Source: Candidatus Daviesbacteria bacterium
GTDB taxonomy: Bacteria > Patescibacteriota > Microgenomatia > Daviesbacterales > UBA10151
DNA length: 64,000 nt
NCBI GenBank assembly: GCA_016186955.1
Contig: JACPKP010000003.1
Span: 130,290-194,289 of the forward strand
Reading direction: 5' to 3'
A model generated the notes under the pieces. That model made no database searches and was not told the DNA's origin. It saw nothing but the letters and a program-made list of their open reading frames with translations. Of the stretch, positions 28,782 through 38,238 are shown one piece after another. Each line of letters opens with the position of its first letter. Within the stretch, counting starts at the first letter, position 1. The position numbers and the translations under genes are program-made.

Positions 28782-29915
28782 ATGGTCATAGGTTTTGACG
28801 CTTCCAGGGCTTTTACAAAAGAGAAGACAGGCACAGAAAATTATTCTTACCAACTTCTTTTGTATTTAGCTAAGATAGATCACAAAAATCAGTACATTTT
28901 GTATTTAAGGCCAAATAATGCAACGATCGTTGCAACAAACGTTTTCCCTGAAAATTTTCAGTTTAAAATCATTAACTGGCCAAGGTTTTGGACTCAAGGG
29001 GGGTTGGCCCTGCAGACCTTCACAGATAACCTGGATGTTTTGTTTGTCCCCTCCCATACATTGCCATTGTTCAGGAAACCCGGGTTAAAAACAGTTATGA
29101 CAGTGCATGACCTTGGAGCAGAATATTTACCCTCAATGCACCAGCTAAAACAGAAGCTATACCTGGATTTTATTACCAGATTCCAGCTTAAATCTGCCAC
29201 GAAATTAATTGCTGTTTCCAAAGCGACAGAAGCGGATTTAGTAAAAAAGATCAATATACCGGCAAATAATATAGAAGTAATATATGAGGGTATAGATAAT
29301 CAACTCTTTAGACCCCTTAAAGGTGAGATATTAGTTGATAGTTTGAATAAGTTTGACCTTAAACAAGGGGAGTATTTTTTATTTGTGGGGACAGTACAAC
29401 CAAGGAAGAATTTATGCAGATTAATAGAGGCATTTGGCAAATCTGATTTACTGAGTCATTCTGAGTTTTCTGATATAAAACTTGTTTTTGTGGGCTCTAA
29501 GGGCTGGCTTTCTGATGAGATTTATGCTTTGCCCAAAAAACTTGGGATAGAGGATAGGGTTAAATTTTTGGGCCATGTTGATAATGCGGATCTGCCCGCA
29601 CTGTACTGCGGGGCGGCAGCGCTTGTTTACCCCTCGCTGTTTGAGGGCTTTGGATTGCCGATTTTGGAGGCTTTTGCATGCGGTTGCCCGGTGTTGACTT
29701 CAAATATCTCATCCATGCCTGAGGTGGCTGGGGACGCTGCTTTACTGGTAAATCCTGTAAGTGTTGAGGAGATAACGGATGGTATGATTGAGTTGGTAAG
29801 TGATAGAGATTTAAGGGAAAGGTTAATCAAACAAGGTTTTGTCCAGGCAAAGAAGTTTAGCTGGGAGAAGTGCGCAAAAGAGACTTTAAGAGTACTTGAA
29901 AATCTTAAATTTTAA
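28782..29915 (+). CDS. Glycosyltransferase family 4 (GT-B, group 1)
   Basis: EGFGLPILEAFACGCPVLTSNISSMPEVAGDAALLVNP matches the GT4 C-terminal consensus. Confidence 0.8.
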   Translation: MVIGFDASRAFTKEKTGTENYSYQLLLYLAKIDHKNQYILYLRPNNATIVATNVFPENFQFKIINWPRFWTQGGLALQTFTDNLDVLFVPSHTLPLFRKPGLKTVMTVHDLGAEYLPSMHQLKQKLYLDFITRFQLKSATKLIAVSKATEADLVKKINIPANNIEVIYEGIDNQLFRPLKGEILVDSLNKFDLKQGEYFLFVGTVQPRKNLCRLIEAFGKSDLLSHSEFSDIKLVFVGSKGWLSDEIYALPKKLGIEDRVKFLGHVDNADLPALYCGAAALVYPSLFEGFGLPILEAFACGCPVLTSNISSMPEVAGDAALLVNPVSVEEITDGMIELVSDRDLRERLIKQGFVQAKKFSWEKCAKETLRVLENLKF

Positions 29916-29924
29916 AATTTTATT

Positions 29925-30065
29925 ACGAATTTCGCAGTTGTCATTGCGAGGACTCCGACGAATGTCGGAGGACGTAGCAATCTAGCTTGCCTCCAAAAGA
30001 GGGGTGTGCTATCAAGATTCCTACGCGAACTATGTTCGCTCGGAATGACAGAAAGTGCGAAATTT
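29925..30065. repeat. MITE-like GC-rich element (TGTCATTGCGAGG ... GACGTAGCAATCTA ... CGCTCGGAATGACAG)
   Basis: Terminal inverted repeats GTCATTGCGAG / CTCGGAATGAC. The internal block GACGTAGCAATCTA is shared with the copy at 37060-37190. Confidence 0.5.
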
Positions 30066-30073
30066 GTGTTCAT

Positions 30074-30871
30074 ATGAAAGTCGATATTCTTGGAATCAAA
30101 ATAGACAAGATAGGGATAGCTGAAGCTGTTCAAAGTGTGGAGCAGTGGGTGGGAGACAAGGATAAGCATTATATAGTCACTCCTAATATAGAATTTGTAG
30201 CGGTTGCACAAAATGACCCAAGCTTTAAGGAGATTTTAAACAGGGCTGATTTGGCTATCCCTGACAGCTCAAGGTTTGGTTGGGCGCAAGATTTAATTCA
30301 GGAGAAAAACAGTTTTAAAAAGATACTTAAATGGCCTTTTTTTATATTTCCGAAAGCCCCTCTTCTTATGGCATTTGAAACTGTAACCGGAACTGATTTG
30401 ATGTATAAGTTGATCAGCGAAGCTGCAGATAAGGGTTTTACAGTAGGATTTTTAGGAGGAAAAAATCAGGTAGCAGACAGGTTGGCTAAAGCGCTAATTG
30501 AGAAATATCCCAAACTGAAAATAACTTATGTTAATGGAGAAGTGAGAGTTGATAATAACGGTGACGTCATTGTTGATCCCCGCGATGACGGATTGGAGAT
30601 ACCTAAAACTGATGTGTTGTTTGTGGCTTTTGGCCAGGTAAAGCAGGAGAAGTGGATAGCTAAAAACTTAAAAAAATATCCTGTCAAAGTAATGATGGGT
30701 GTGGGCGGGGCTTTTGATTATTTGTCCGGGGAAGTCCCCCGCGCACCCCAAATAGTCAGGAATTTGGGGTTTGAATGGCTGTTTAGGTTAATGATCCAGC
30801 CTTGGAGGATAAGAAGGTTTGGCAGCTTACTTCAATTTATATGGCAGATATTGGCAGCAAGGTCATTATAA
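30074..30871 (+). CDS. WecB/TagA/CpsF-family glycosyltransferase (GT26). The ORF track start at 29987 lies inside the repeat; ATG 30074 is preferred.
   Basis: MKVDILGIKIDKIG ... VGGAFDYLSGEVPRAP ... are the characteristic GT26 blocks. Confidence 0.8.
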   Translation: MKVDILGIKIDKIGIAEAVQSVEQWVGDKDKHYIVTPNIEFVAVAQNDPSFKEILNRADLAIPDSSRFGWAQDLIQEKNSFKKILKWPFFIFPKAPLLMAFETVTGTDLMYKLISEAADKGFTVGFLGGKNQVADRLAKALIEKYPKLKITYVNGEVRVDNNGDVIVDPRDDGLEIPKTDVLFVAFGQVKQEKWIAKNLKKYPVKVMMGVGGAFDYLSGEVPRAPQIVRNLGFEWLFRLMIQPWRIRRFGSLLQFIWQILAARSL

Positions 30872-31665
30872 ACCGTTTCCAGCTCATTGGCTGAGGGTTC
30901 ATGAAAATCTTCCGAGCTGCTGGCGATCGCCATCATCAGGCTTCTGGCTTCTTCAGGAGTGGCATTTTCATTTCTGACATCAAGTTCCAACCCGATGCTG
31001 ATAATACGGATATTTTTATCCTTGATCTCTCTGACTACCTCCAATGGGTTTTGGCTACCATTGATACCCCCGCTTGGTCCACCATCGCCTAAAAAAACCA
31101 GAACAAATGTATAACCGGAATAATTTGGGTTTGATAATGCTGTAAATAGGCTATCTCTGGCAACTTCAAAACCCTTCCTCATCGGAGTTCCGTTATCCCC
31201 GTTTAAAGAATTAATAGTCTGTTTAAAATCCTCCCTGGCTGTATCTTTGTAAATGCCGATTGGTTTTAATTCAACAGTATCTTTTCCAAATTTTTGTACC
31301 CCGATAGGTATATCAGGTGACAACTTATCCAAAAAAGCATTGACTGCAATTTTTAATGATTCCATTCTGGAAAGGGATGTATTTTTGCCCTGTCGTCTCA
31401 TGGATCCTGAAGTATCAAGCAAAAGATCAATAACCAGCTTGTCTTTTGAGCATGCAACATTAGGTGGTAAGGCAGTTGTTGGAGGGGTTATGTTTAAATA
31501 GCCCATTTGCAGTGACTGTTTATCTTCTGGGGTAAGAATATTAAGGTTGTCTTGCAAAAGCGTAAAGGGTGGTTGGCTGTCATCTAATTTGTTTAGCGCA
31601 AAGCCCTGGACCAGGATAAAACTAAAGATTACCACCAGCCCGATTATTATGTAAACCTGGTTCAT
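30832..31665 (-). CDS. Membrane-anchored/secreted von Willebrand factor A domain protein
   Basis: N-terminal TM. MIDAS motif LLLDTSGSM. 277 aa. Confidence 0.7.
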   Translation of the reverse strand: MNQVYIIIGLVVIFSFILVQGFALNKLDDSQPPFTLLQDNLNILTPEDKQSLQMGYLNITPPTTALPPNVACSKDKLVIDLLLDTSGSMRRQGKNTSLSRMESLKIAVNAFLDKLSPDIPIGVQKFGKDTVELKPIGIYKDTAREDFKQTINSLNGDNGTPMRKGFEVARDSLFTALSNPNYSGYTFVLVFLGDGGPSGGINGSQNPLEVVREIKDKNIRIISIGLELDVRNENATPEEARSLMMAIASSSEDFHEPSANELETVYNDLAANICHIN

Positions 31666-31731
31666 ATATCCATTATATACAAAAAAATGTATTTTGGGTG
31701 TTGACTTTTAAGTATGGGAATATGCTAATCT

Positions 31732-32250
31732 TTGGATATGTTGACTAAATTTAGCGCCAACAAACTTAAAGATGTTTTGGCGGAACCTGAGGCTCCAGGT
31801 TTAGACGAACCGTATTTTATTATACAATCACCCTTAACCAAAGAGAATATGACAGTTATCTTATCAGGCAAAAACGGTATGGAGTTTAATAAAACTTATG
31901 GTTTTTTCCATAACTTTCAAGGCATTTTGATATATAAGACACTTTACGGGCAGGGGATTATGATAATACAAAAAAACGACGAGAGAGGGGAGGCAAAAGA
32001 AGTTAGGATTATTTCTTTAAGGCCGGGTGTTGAGATTGAAGTGCCCTCAGGTTATGGGCATACAGTGGTAAATACCGGAAAAAATTTTTTAGTGGTAGTA
32101 GATAATGCAATAGAAAATGATGAAAATATTGATTCTGATATAGTTAAATCAAAAAAAGGGTTTGCTTATTATGTTGTAGATAAAAAAGGGGAGATCGCTT
32201 TTGAAAAAAACCCAAACTACAGCTTTCATCCGCAGATAACCAGCTACTAA
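31732..32250 (+). CDS. Cupin-fold protein (possibly a cupin-type sugar-phosphate isomerase)
   Basis: EVPSGYGHTVVNTGKNF fits cupin motif 2 (PxGxxHxxxN). Confidence 0.35.
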   Translation: MDMLTKFSANKLKDVLAEPEAPGLDEPYFIIQSPLTKENMTVILSGKNGMEFNKTYGFFHNFQGILIYKTLYGQGIMIIQKNDERGEAKEVRIISLRPGVEIEVPSGYGHTVVNTGKNFLVVVDNAIENDENIDSDIVKSKKGFAYYVVDKKGEIAFEKNPNYSFHPQITSY

Positions 32251-32337
32251 ATACTCAGCTCTAATTACTAATTTTTGGCTTTGCAAAAACCTAATCTAAA
32301 GCTATTAGCGGATATACTTACCTGAGCGCTAAAAAAG

Positions 32338-32598
32338 CTAGTATGGGCCTGATGAGTCTTGGGAAGCAGTCTTTTGTGTAATCCCAAGCAGCCAGAGCAC
32401 AGCTTCTTTTTTGTAACGCCTGTCCCCCCTGGAATTAATCCTGATAGCAGGTAATTTGCCCCTTTTGCCCCATCTTTTGATTGTCAGCGGGGAAACCCGT
32501 AAAACTTCTGCTACCTCTTTGACTGTTAATAGATCAGGAAGATTCTCAAGTGAAAGCTTATCCGGCATTCTATCTCCTTGTATATCATATATTTTCAA
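32338..32598 (-). CDS. Stand-alone HTH_17 (excisionase/MerR-type) DNA-binding protein
   Basis: LLTVKEVAEVLRVSPLTIKRWGKRGKLPAIRINSRGDRRYKKEAV. This is the same fold family as the N-terminus of the giant protein. Confidence 0.6.
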   Translation of the reverse strand: MKIYDIQGDRMPDKLSLENLPDLLTVKEVAEVLRVSPLTIKRWGKRGKLPAIRINSRGDRRYKKEAVLWLLGITQKTASQDSSGPY

Positions 32599-32727
32599 AT
32601 AATGTCAACACCCCAAATTACTAACATTACCTCAGTTTGTATTTAAATCTTAAAACATCAGTATTTTGTCAGAATTTTATCAAGTAAGCGGTATGGTCCT
32701 TTTGTAATATGAACAGATCACTATTGA

Positions 32728-33144
32728 ATGGAGGTGAGAAATATGGTTGAAATCTATCAATGGGTGCAAAGATGTCAAAAAGAACAGGATAGATCTAAAC
32801 AATCTAAATTACTCGGTCAAATCATCAATGCTCCTTGTGATAAACTGGATGATTTAGCTGAAATTTGCTATTTAACTGATTGCCCGAACCTTTTCCGTCT
32901 AACAGCTATAGACAGAGTTTGTATTTTAGCCTGGGAAAATGCATTACCTCTTCAGATCGCATTGGAAGTGGTAAACCCTTTATTCAAAGAAGATAAAGAC
33001 CCTGAAATTCGTTTAGCCTCCTTTCAATGGCTGGCTACTTTTTTTGAGGATGATATGAAAAGGATGAAACCAATCCTTAGCAGAGCCAGAAGGGATTCAA
33101 ACAGCAGAGTGCGTTGGTGGTCCCGAGTAGGATATACTCCATAG
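32728..33144 (+). CDS. Hypothetical HEAT-repeat-like protein
   Basis: Repeated helical motifs (DPEIRLASFQWLA, SNSRVRWW). Weak assignment. Confidence 0.3.
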   Translation: MEVRNMVEIYQWVQRCQKEQDRSKQSKLLGQIINAPCDKLDDLAEICYLTDCPNLFRLTAIDRVCILAWENALPLQIALEVVNPLFKEDKDPEIRLASFQWLATFFEDDMKRMKPILSRARRDSNSRVRWWSRVGYTP

Positions 33145-33160
33145 CAAGCTATGGAGTATA

Positions 33161-33673
33161 TCATTGCAGCTCTACTGTTGCTCCTGCTGCTGTAAGCTTT
33201 GTTTTTGCTTCATTTGCAGTTTGCTTGTTGACACCTTCCATGACTGGTTTTGGCGCTGCTTCCACTAAATCTTTAGCTTCTTTCAAGCCCAAAGTTTGGA
33301 CCAGTTCCCTGACTGCTTTGATGACACCAATTTTATTGGCGCCTGCGGCTTGGAGTACCACATTGAAAGTGGTTTGTTCTTCCTGTGGCTCGCCGGAGCT
33401 TCCAGCGGAGGCGGCGGCAGGGCCTGTTGCTGCAACCGGCGCTTGGGCTGTTACCCCAAACCTGTCTTCTAAGGCATGGACTAAATCTGCCAATTCCAAA
33501 ACTGAAAGCTTTTCAATAGACTCGATGATTTTTTCCAGGTCTTTTGAAACAGCCTTTGAAGCTTTTTTAGATTTCACCTCCGGGGTGTTGTCGGAAGTGT
33601 TCTCTGCTGCAGCTTCTGCCTGAACTTCTTGAGTCTCTTCTTTTTTCTGATCGTTTGTATCTTGGTCGTCCAT
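33161..33673 (-). CDS. rplL: Ribosomal protein L7/L12 with an N-terminal acidic/Lys-rich extension of about 45 aa
   Basis: The core [27 protein letters not shown] ... [31 protein letters not shown] is the canonical L12. Confidence 0.85.
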   Translation of the reverse strand: MDDQDTNDQKKEETQEVQAEAAAENTSDNTPEVKSKKASKAVSKDLEKIIESIEKLSVLELADLVHALEDRFGVTAQAPVAATGPAAASAGSSGEPQEEQTTFNVVLQAAGANKIGVIKAVRELVQTLGLKEAKDLVEAAPKPVMEGVNKQTANEAKTKLTAAGATVELQ

Positions 33674-34204
33674 TTACTCACCCCCCCTCGAAATTCGTAT
33701 TTGGTCTAAGGCGTATACTAAATTGCGCAAATTTGCCTGTAAAACCCCGACTATCCCATAAAGCGGTGCGCCCAAACCACCGACAACCTTTGCCCTTAGC
33801 TCATCTTTGGAAGGAAGTTGGGCAAGCCTGTTGATCTGGATATCATCCATCAGTTGCCCTTCCAAAAGTCCTGCTTTGATAAAACCCTTAGATGCATCTT
33901 TTAAGGCTTTTACCAATACTTTAATAGGGATGACTTCATCTTCATATGCAAACAAGGTGGCAGTGGGGCCAGTCCAGATGTCAGATACCAGATGTCGGAG
34001 ATTGGAATTTTGGAAAGCTAATTTGAGCAGGGTGTTTTTGGTGATGGAAAATTCAGCGCTTGACTGGCGCAATTTCGAGCGTAGATCTGAGAGTTGAGCC
34101 ATGTTTAAGCCTTTATAGTCTGCAAATACCACAGATTTTGCTCTGCCAAGCTTATCTGTTAATGACCTGACTGTTTCTTCTTTTTGTGCGCGCGTTTTTG
34201 GCAT
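33674..34204 (-). CDS. rplJ: Ribosomal protein L10
   Basis: MPKTRAQKEETVRSLTDKLGRAKSVVFADYKGLNMAQLSDLRSKL. Confidence 0.85.
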   Translation of the reverse strand: MPKTRAQKEETVRSLTDKLGRAKSVVFADYKGLNMAQLSDLRSKLRQSSAEFSITKNTLLKLAFQNSNLRHLVSDIWTGPTATLFAYEDEVIPIKVLVKALKDASKGFIKAGLLEGQLMDDIQINRLAQLPSKDELRAKVVGGLGAPLYGIVGVLQANLRNLVYALDQIRISRGGE

Positions 34205-34560
34205 TAAATTTTTTCTATGAAGCTCTACGGCTAAAGCCGTGGTCTCTTCTCATTACAGCTTCACAGCAAAAGCTGTTCAGCTGACCGCCTTCGGCGGAGA
34301 AAAGCATTCATCCACGGTTAAAACCGTGGTTTTCTGCTTTTTGCTGATAAAAAACCCCGCTTAAGCGAGGTTATTTGTTTGTCATCCCGAAGGATGACAA
34401 GCGCGGCCTCGGTGGGATTTACGTTTTTGACAACCCACGGTCTCAAGCTGTATGTAATTTTAATAAATGCAGGCCTGTTTGTCAACCGTTTGTTCAGGAT
34501 TTAACAAAGAAACTGTCATTCCGAGTTAAATCCTGAACGGTTACTCAAATTTTGAACTAT
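34205..34560. repeat. rplJ leader region packed with GC-rich hairpins
   Basis: Paired hairpins ACGGCTAAAGCCGT and CCACGGTTAAAACCGTGG; GTCATCCCGAAGGATGAC; and CAGGATTTAAC..GTTAAATCCTG around TGTCATTCCGAG (family 4). Confidence 0.4.
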
Positions 34561-34564
34561 TATC

Positions 34565-34602
34565 TCAAGAAAAGGGCGGCCGGGTTTTTAAGGCTCGGCC
34601 GC
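34565..34602 (-). terminator. Intrinsic terminator downstream of the small membrane-protein gene
   Basis: Minus strand: GGCGGCCG, 11 nt loop, CGGCCGCC, followed by CTTTTCTT. Confidence 0.4.
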
Positions 34603-34641
34603 CACTGTGCACTTTTACAGTTGAAAGTTGGGGTTAGCGGA

Positions 34642-34887
34642 TCAGTTGTACCATTTTTGGTTCATCCAGCGGCCAAACCGGGAAATCCTTTTCTCCGCCA
34701 GGAGTAATACGATGGTCCAGACGATCATGAACCCCATTCCCAGTAGTTGGCCGGTTACACCCCAGATTTGAGGTGCAGCTAGCGTAACCACTACCAGCGG
34801 GATCCACCAAACTGCAAACCGCCTGATCAGGAAAACATTCATTTTCTTCCTCCCTAAACTGTAAATGTGCTGGCTACATATTAACAC
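34642..34887 (-). CDS. Small hypothetical membrane protein
   Basis: Two predicted TM helices (WWIPLVVVTLAAPQIWGV; MGFMIVWTIVLLLA). A possible internal start at MNVFLIRR. Confidence 0.3.
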   Translation of the reverse strand: MLICSQHIYSLGRKKMNVFLIRRFAVWWIPLVVVTLAAPQIWGVTGQLLGMGFMIVWTIVLLLAEKRISRFGRWMNQKWYN

Positions 34888-34914
34888 AAACCAGGCTCAA
34901 AGTACAGTTTTGTA

Positions 34915-35256
34915 GTGTATAATTTGTTCATGGTAATTGTTTTAACCAAAAAGGCTACTGCTGACCAATTGAAAAAAATGGGGCAGGAATACGGGAACTA
35001 TATTAAGGTTGTGGTGGATATTGAAAAAGGAATTATAGCAGGCGGCGCAGCCATGCATTATGATGGGGAACAGGTTTTACTGAAAATAGGTTGTAAACAG
35101 GAGAATCTTTGGGGAGGCGGGATCGATTTGGAAACAGGCGGGATAACTTACGATTCAATGATTAACATCCGTCCCGGGCAAAATAATTTTAAAAGGGAGA
35201 TAGCATCAGAGGAGGTCAGACAAAAATTAAAAAGAATCGTAGAGGAGTTGATATGA
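34915..35256 (+). CDS. Hypothetical protein
   Basis: 113-aa ORF with coding-like composition. No family recognised. Confidence 0.35.
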   Translation: MYNLFMVIVLTKKATADQLKKMGQEYGNYIKVVVDIEKGIIAGGAAMHYDGEQVLLKIGCKQENLWGGGIDLETGGITYDSMINIRPGQNNFKREIASEEVRQKLKRIVEELI

Positions 35257-35609
35257 TCAACCATGCGGTTTCACAAAATGATTTACCACTGGAGATGCAG
35301 ATTTTAAATATTTCGGTAAATATGGCCAGAATAGGCAACTGGATAGCAGATTTATCCAAAATAAAAGCTGAATATGGCGAAAAAGTTTACCGCTCAAGAA
35401 GAAAGTTGATTGAAAAAATGATAAACCAGACAGAGAATTATTTAAACGACCTGTCTTCCCAAAAAATCTCAGGCCGTTTTGTGCCAACCTTAGGTAGGTT
35501 TACAAAAGAGTTTAAAGTTATTAAAAATGGATATAAAACAGATCCGCTGCTGGCAAAAAAAGCCCTAACTTGGGCAAATATCCTCCAGCACCGGGCCAAA
35601 CTGGCTTAA
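35253..35609 (+). CDS. Hypothetical protein
   Basis: 118-aa ORF overlapping the previous stop by 4 nt (operon-like). Confidence 0.35.
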   Translation: MINHAVSQNDLPLEMQILNISVNMARIGNWIADLSKIKAEYGEKVYRSRRKLIEKMINQTENYLNDLSSQKISGRFVPTLGRFTKEFKVIKNGYKTDPLLAKKALTWANILQHRAKLA

Positions 35610-35751
35610 ACTATCCCAGAGTTTTTTCAAAAGGGGACTTATAGTTTGCTTTGTAGTCTTCCGGCTTACCTCTGGTTAGGCTCACTAACGGTTTTAAAAT
35701 CAAATGCAAAAAAAGCGCCGGATTTTTGAGATCCGGCGCGCGAGACTCCAT

Positions 35752-36042
35752 CTACCTGCTGGGTTGAAAGTGAACCAGCTGGTTCACCATCAGGCCTATT
35801 GCACCTCCAACCAAACCGCTGAATGCTCCCCGGGACACTGCCTTAATCAACAGTGCCACAGAAATACTTACGCTTTCGGGTTGGTTAACAACGATGACAG
35901 CTAGGATGCCGCCTATTGCTCCGCATATTAGGTGTGCAATAGGCGAGATCGAATTGCTTTTCAGGTCTGATACGGTAATAAGAAGACTCGTCAAGAGTCC
36001 TCCTACAAAAGCCATTAACAGTTCGCTTAAGATAGGATCCAT
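35752..36042 (-). CDS. GlsB/YeaQ/YmgE-family small membrane protein (ORF track start at 36150; ATG 36042 preferred)
   Basis: MDPILSELLMAFVGGLLTSLLI..GAIGGILAVIVV. Gly-rich TM pairs. GGGAGG lies 12 nt upstream of ATG 36042. Confidence 0.45.
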   Translation of the reverse strand: MDPILSELLMAFVGGLLTSLLITVSDLKSNSISPIAHLICGAIGGILAVIVVNQPESVSISVALLIKAVSRGAFSGLVGGAIGLMVNQLVHFQPSR

Positions 36043-36131
36043 GATGCTCCGAAACCTCCCAGTATGTGAATGTACTTTACCCGTTTGGTAAGCGCTTGCT
36101 AGTATACCATTTTGTGTAGGTCTTTGCAAAG

Positions 36132-37001
36132 CTAAAATTGGGGGACCCACATCCAGTAGCCACCTTTTGAGCCTGGAGGAGGTTTGGGGGTGGCTGATGA
36201 TTCATCAGGTGAGCCTATTGAGGGCTGAAGCGAAGCGGATCCGGTGGCAACGATTGAACCCCAGACACCGGAATTGCCTGTTTTACCCAAGTTTTTGATA
36301 ATTATGCCCAGGTCAAAGCCATTGATTATTTTATCAAGGTTAAAATCAACATTGGAGTTCCACTTAGCTGAGAGCGGGTTTGTGCCATAGGCATTTTTTG
36401 CCACTGCAAAATCTGCACTGTTGATGACATTATCCTCATTTAAGTCTCCGGTGATTAAATTTAGAGTTCCCAGATCGGAGACAGTAGGCTTTACCAAAAA
36501 AGCAGAAGCAGAGGCAAGTTGGGCAGGGCCTTTCAGATAAGCTGTATAGGTTGATCCTTGGGTTAAGCCTGCCAAAGACAACCCTGAATATCCACCTGTA
36601 GCAGGTATGTCAACAGTAAAGGACAGCAGGTATTGTGGGTTTGTGGTAGGCATACCCGCAGCAATACCCAGAAAGGTCTTTGCTGCCTGGCTGTTTTTTG
36701 GCCTGCCCTCAATAGAAATTTTAAAGTTTAGGGTAGGACCGAAAAAAACCTGTGGAGTTGAGCTGCTGCTGGGTTCAGGCGTAGCTTTGGACGGAGAACC
36801 TTCCAGACTTTTTTTAAGGTCATCTAAAGGGGTAGTTTTAGGTACTTCTTTTGGTGAAGGCTGGATTTTAGGCAGAGGAGTCGGGTTTGGGTTATCCTGT
36901 GTTTTGAAACGCTGGGCTAAAAGCAATGAGCCGGTTGGGATTAAAACGATTAAGAGTAAAATGATACCGACAACTATCTTCTGGCCAACTGAACTAAACA
37001 T
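36132..37001 (-). CDS. Membrane-anchored secreted protein with a dockerin-like Ca-binding repeat
   Basis: N-terminal TM. Pro/Ser linker. ITGDLNEDNVINSADFAVAKNAYG and NSNVDFNLDKIINGFDLGIII resemble dockerin type I repeats. Confidence 0.4.
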   Translation of the reverse strand: MFSSVGQKIVVGIILLLIVLIPTGSLLLAQRFKTQDNPNPTPLPKIQPSPKEVPKTTPLDDLKKSLEGSPSKATPEPSSSSTPQVFFGPTLNFKISIEGRPKNSQAAKTFLGIAAGMPTTNPQYLLSFTVDIPATGGYSGLSLAGLTQGSTYTAYLKGPAQLASASAFLVKPTVSDLGTLNLITGDLNEDNVINSADFAVAKNAYGTNPLSAKWNSNVDFNLDKIINGFDLGIIIKNLGKTGNSGVWGSIVATGSASLQPSIGSPDESSATPKPPPGSKGGYWMWVPQF

Positions 37002-37059
37002 ACTTCTACTATACTAAAACTAGTAACCAGTAGCTAGTTACTAGTGTATGAGTTCAGTC

Positions 37060-37190
37060 CTTTCCAACAGTTTTGTCATTGCGAGAAACGAGCATAGCGA
37101 GTGACGTAGCAATCTAATTGAAGTAAGATCGCTACGATCCGATGTACATCGGATCTCGCGATGACGTTTGGCTGGAGAAAACTAAATAGT
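37060..37190. repeat. MITE-like GC-rich element, same family as 29925-30065
   Basis: TTGTCATTGCGAG ... GACGTAGCAATCTA ... CTCGCGATGACG. Terminal inverted repeats. Confidence 0.5.
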
Positions 37191-37242
37191 TACTTACTAG
37201 TATCTTGACTCTGGATTCAGGATTGCCGATACTTTACATACT

Positions 37243-38238
37243 ATGTTTTCTGGAAAAAACCTCATCAGGATACTGATAAATACCGTTATTGGTTTAGTAT
37301 TCATCATTTTCTGGATGAAGGTTGTAGATGTTAATGCGATTTTTAAAGAGCTTTCCAGGGTTGACTTATTGACTGTTTTACCCTTTGTGCTTTTTTTTGC
37401 ATTATCCAATTTCTTAAGGTCGATGAGGCTAAAAATACTGCTTAGCCAGTTTAAAATTCCGCTTAGGAATGTAATACTGCTAAATTATTTAAGCCAGATA
37501 TTTTCATATATCATACCACTGCGGGCTGGTGAGATTAGTAAGGGGGTTTACCTTTCAACCCAATATAAAGTACCTTTTTCAAAATCATTAATATGGATTT
37601 TGCTGGACCGGTTTTTGGATTTTTGGTTAGTGTTGGTACTGGTATTGGTGCTTTTAGGCATGACTGTAACCAATTTGCCTGCCAACTTAAAACTTACCAT
37701 TATGATATTGATAGCGCCGTCAACACTAATTGCCTTCCTGGTAATATTTTTTCCTGAATTTGCCAAAAAAACTATGAATTTTTTCAGCAAAGCCCTAATC
37801 TTAAATGTATTGAAAACATTGTTTACCCGGTTTACAGACTTTATCATTGATACGGTTTCACTATTAAAAAGAGAACCAAAAGAAATGGCCAGCTTAATGG
37901 TTTTGACTTTTGGTGCGCTTTTATCCGATGGGTTGGGATGGTATGTGTTTTTCCTGGCAGTTTTTGGCAAAGTTAGTTTTATAACTATATTTTTGGGCTC
38001 ACTGCTTTCAGCTCTAACTTATCTTATTCCAGCTGCGCCTGGTTATGTTGGCAGCGCGGAAGCTTCAGGCCTGGCAGTTTTCAGCTTAAGCTTAGGATTG
38101 GATAAAACCTTAACCTCTGTTGCCACAGTTTTAAACCACGGCCTGACCCTTGTTTGTATTCTTTTCTTCGGGATTAGCGCGCTGTATCTTCTTAAATTTG
38201 ATACTAACCTAGTTTGGAAAAAATTTAAAAAGCAGTAA
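37243..38238 (+). CDS. UPF0104/LPG-synthase-TM-family integral membrane protein (flippase-like)
   Basis: Eight predicted TM helices. The N-terminal block LIRILINTVIGLVFIIFWMKVVDVNAIFKELSRVDLLTVLPFVLFFALSNFLRSMRLKILL is typical of this family. Confidence 0.55.
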   Translation: MFSGKNLIRILINTVIGLVFIIFWMKVVDVNAIFKELSRVDLLTVLPFVLFFALSNFLRSMRLKILLSQFKIPLRNVILLNYLSQIFSYIIPLRAGEISKGVYLSTQYKVPFSKSLIWILLDRFLDFWLVLVLVLVLLGMTVTNLPANLKLTIMILIAPSTLIAFLVIFFPEFAKKTMNFFSKALILNVLKTLFTRFTDFIIDTVSLLKREPKEMASLMVLTFGALLSDGLGWYVFFLAVFGKVSFITIFLGSLLSALTYLIPAAPGYVGSAEASGLAVFSLSLGLDKTLTSVATVLNHGLTLVCILFFGISALYLLKFDTNLVWKKFKKQ

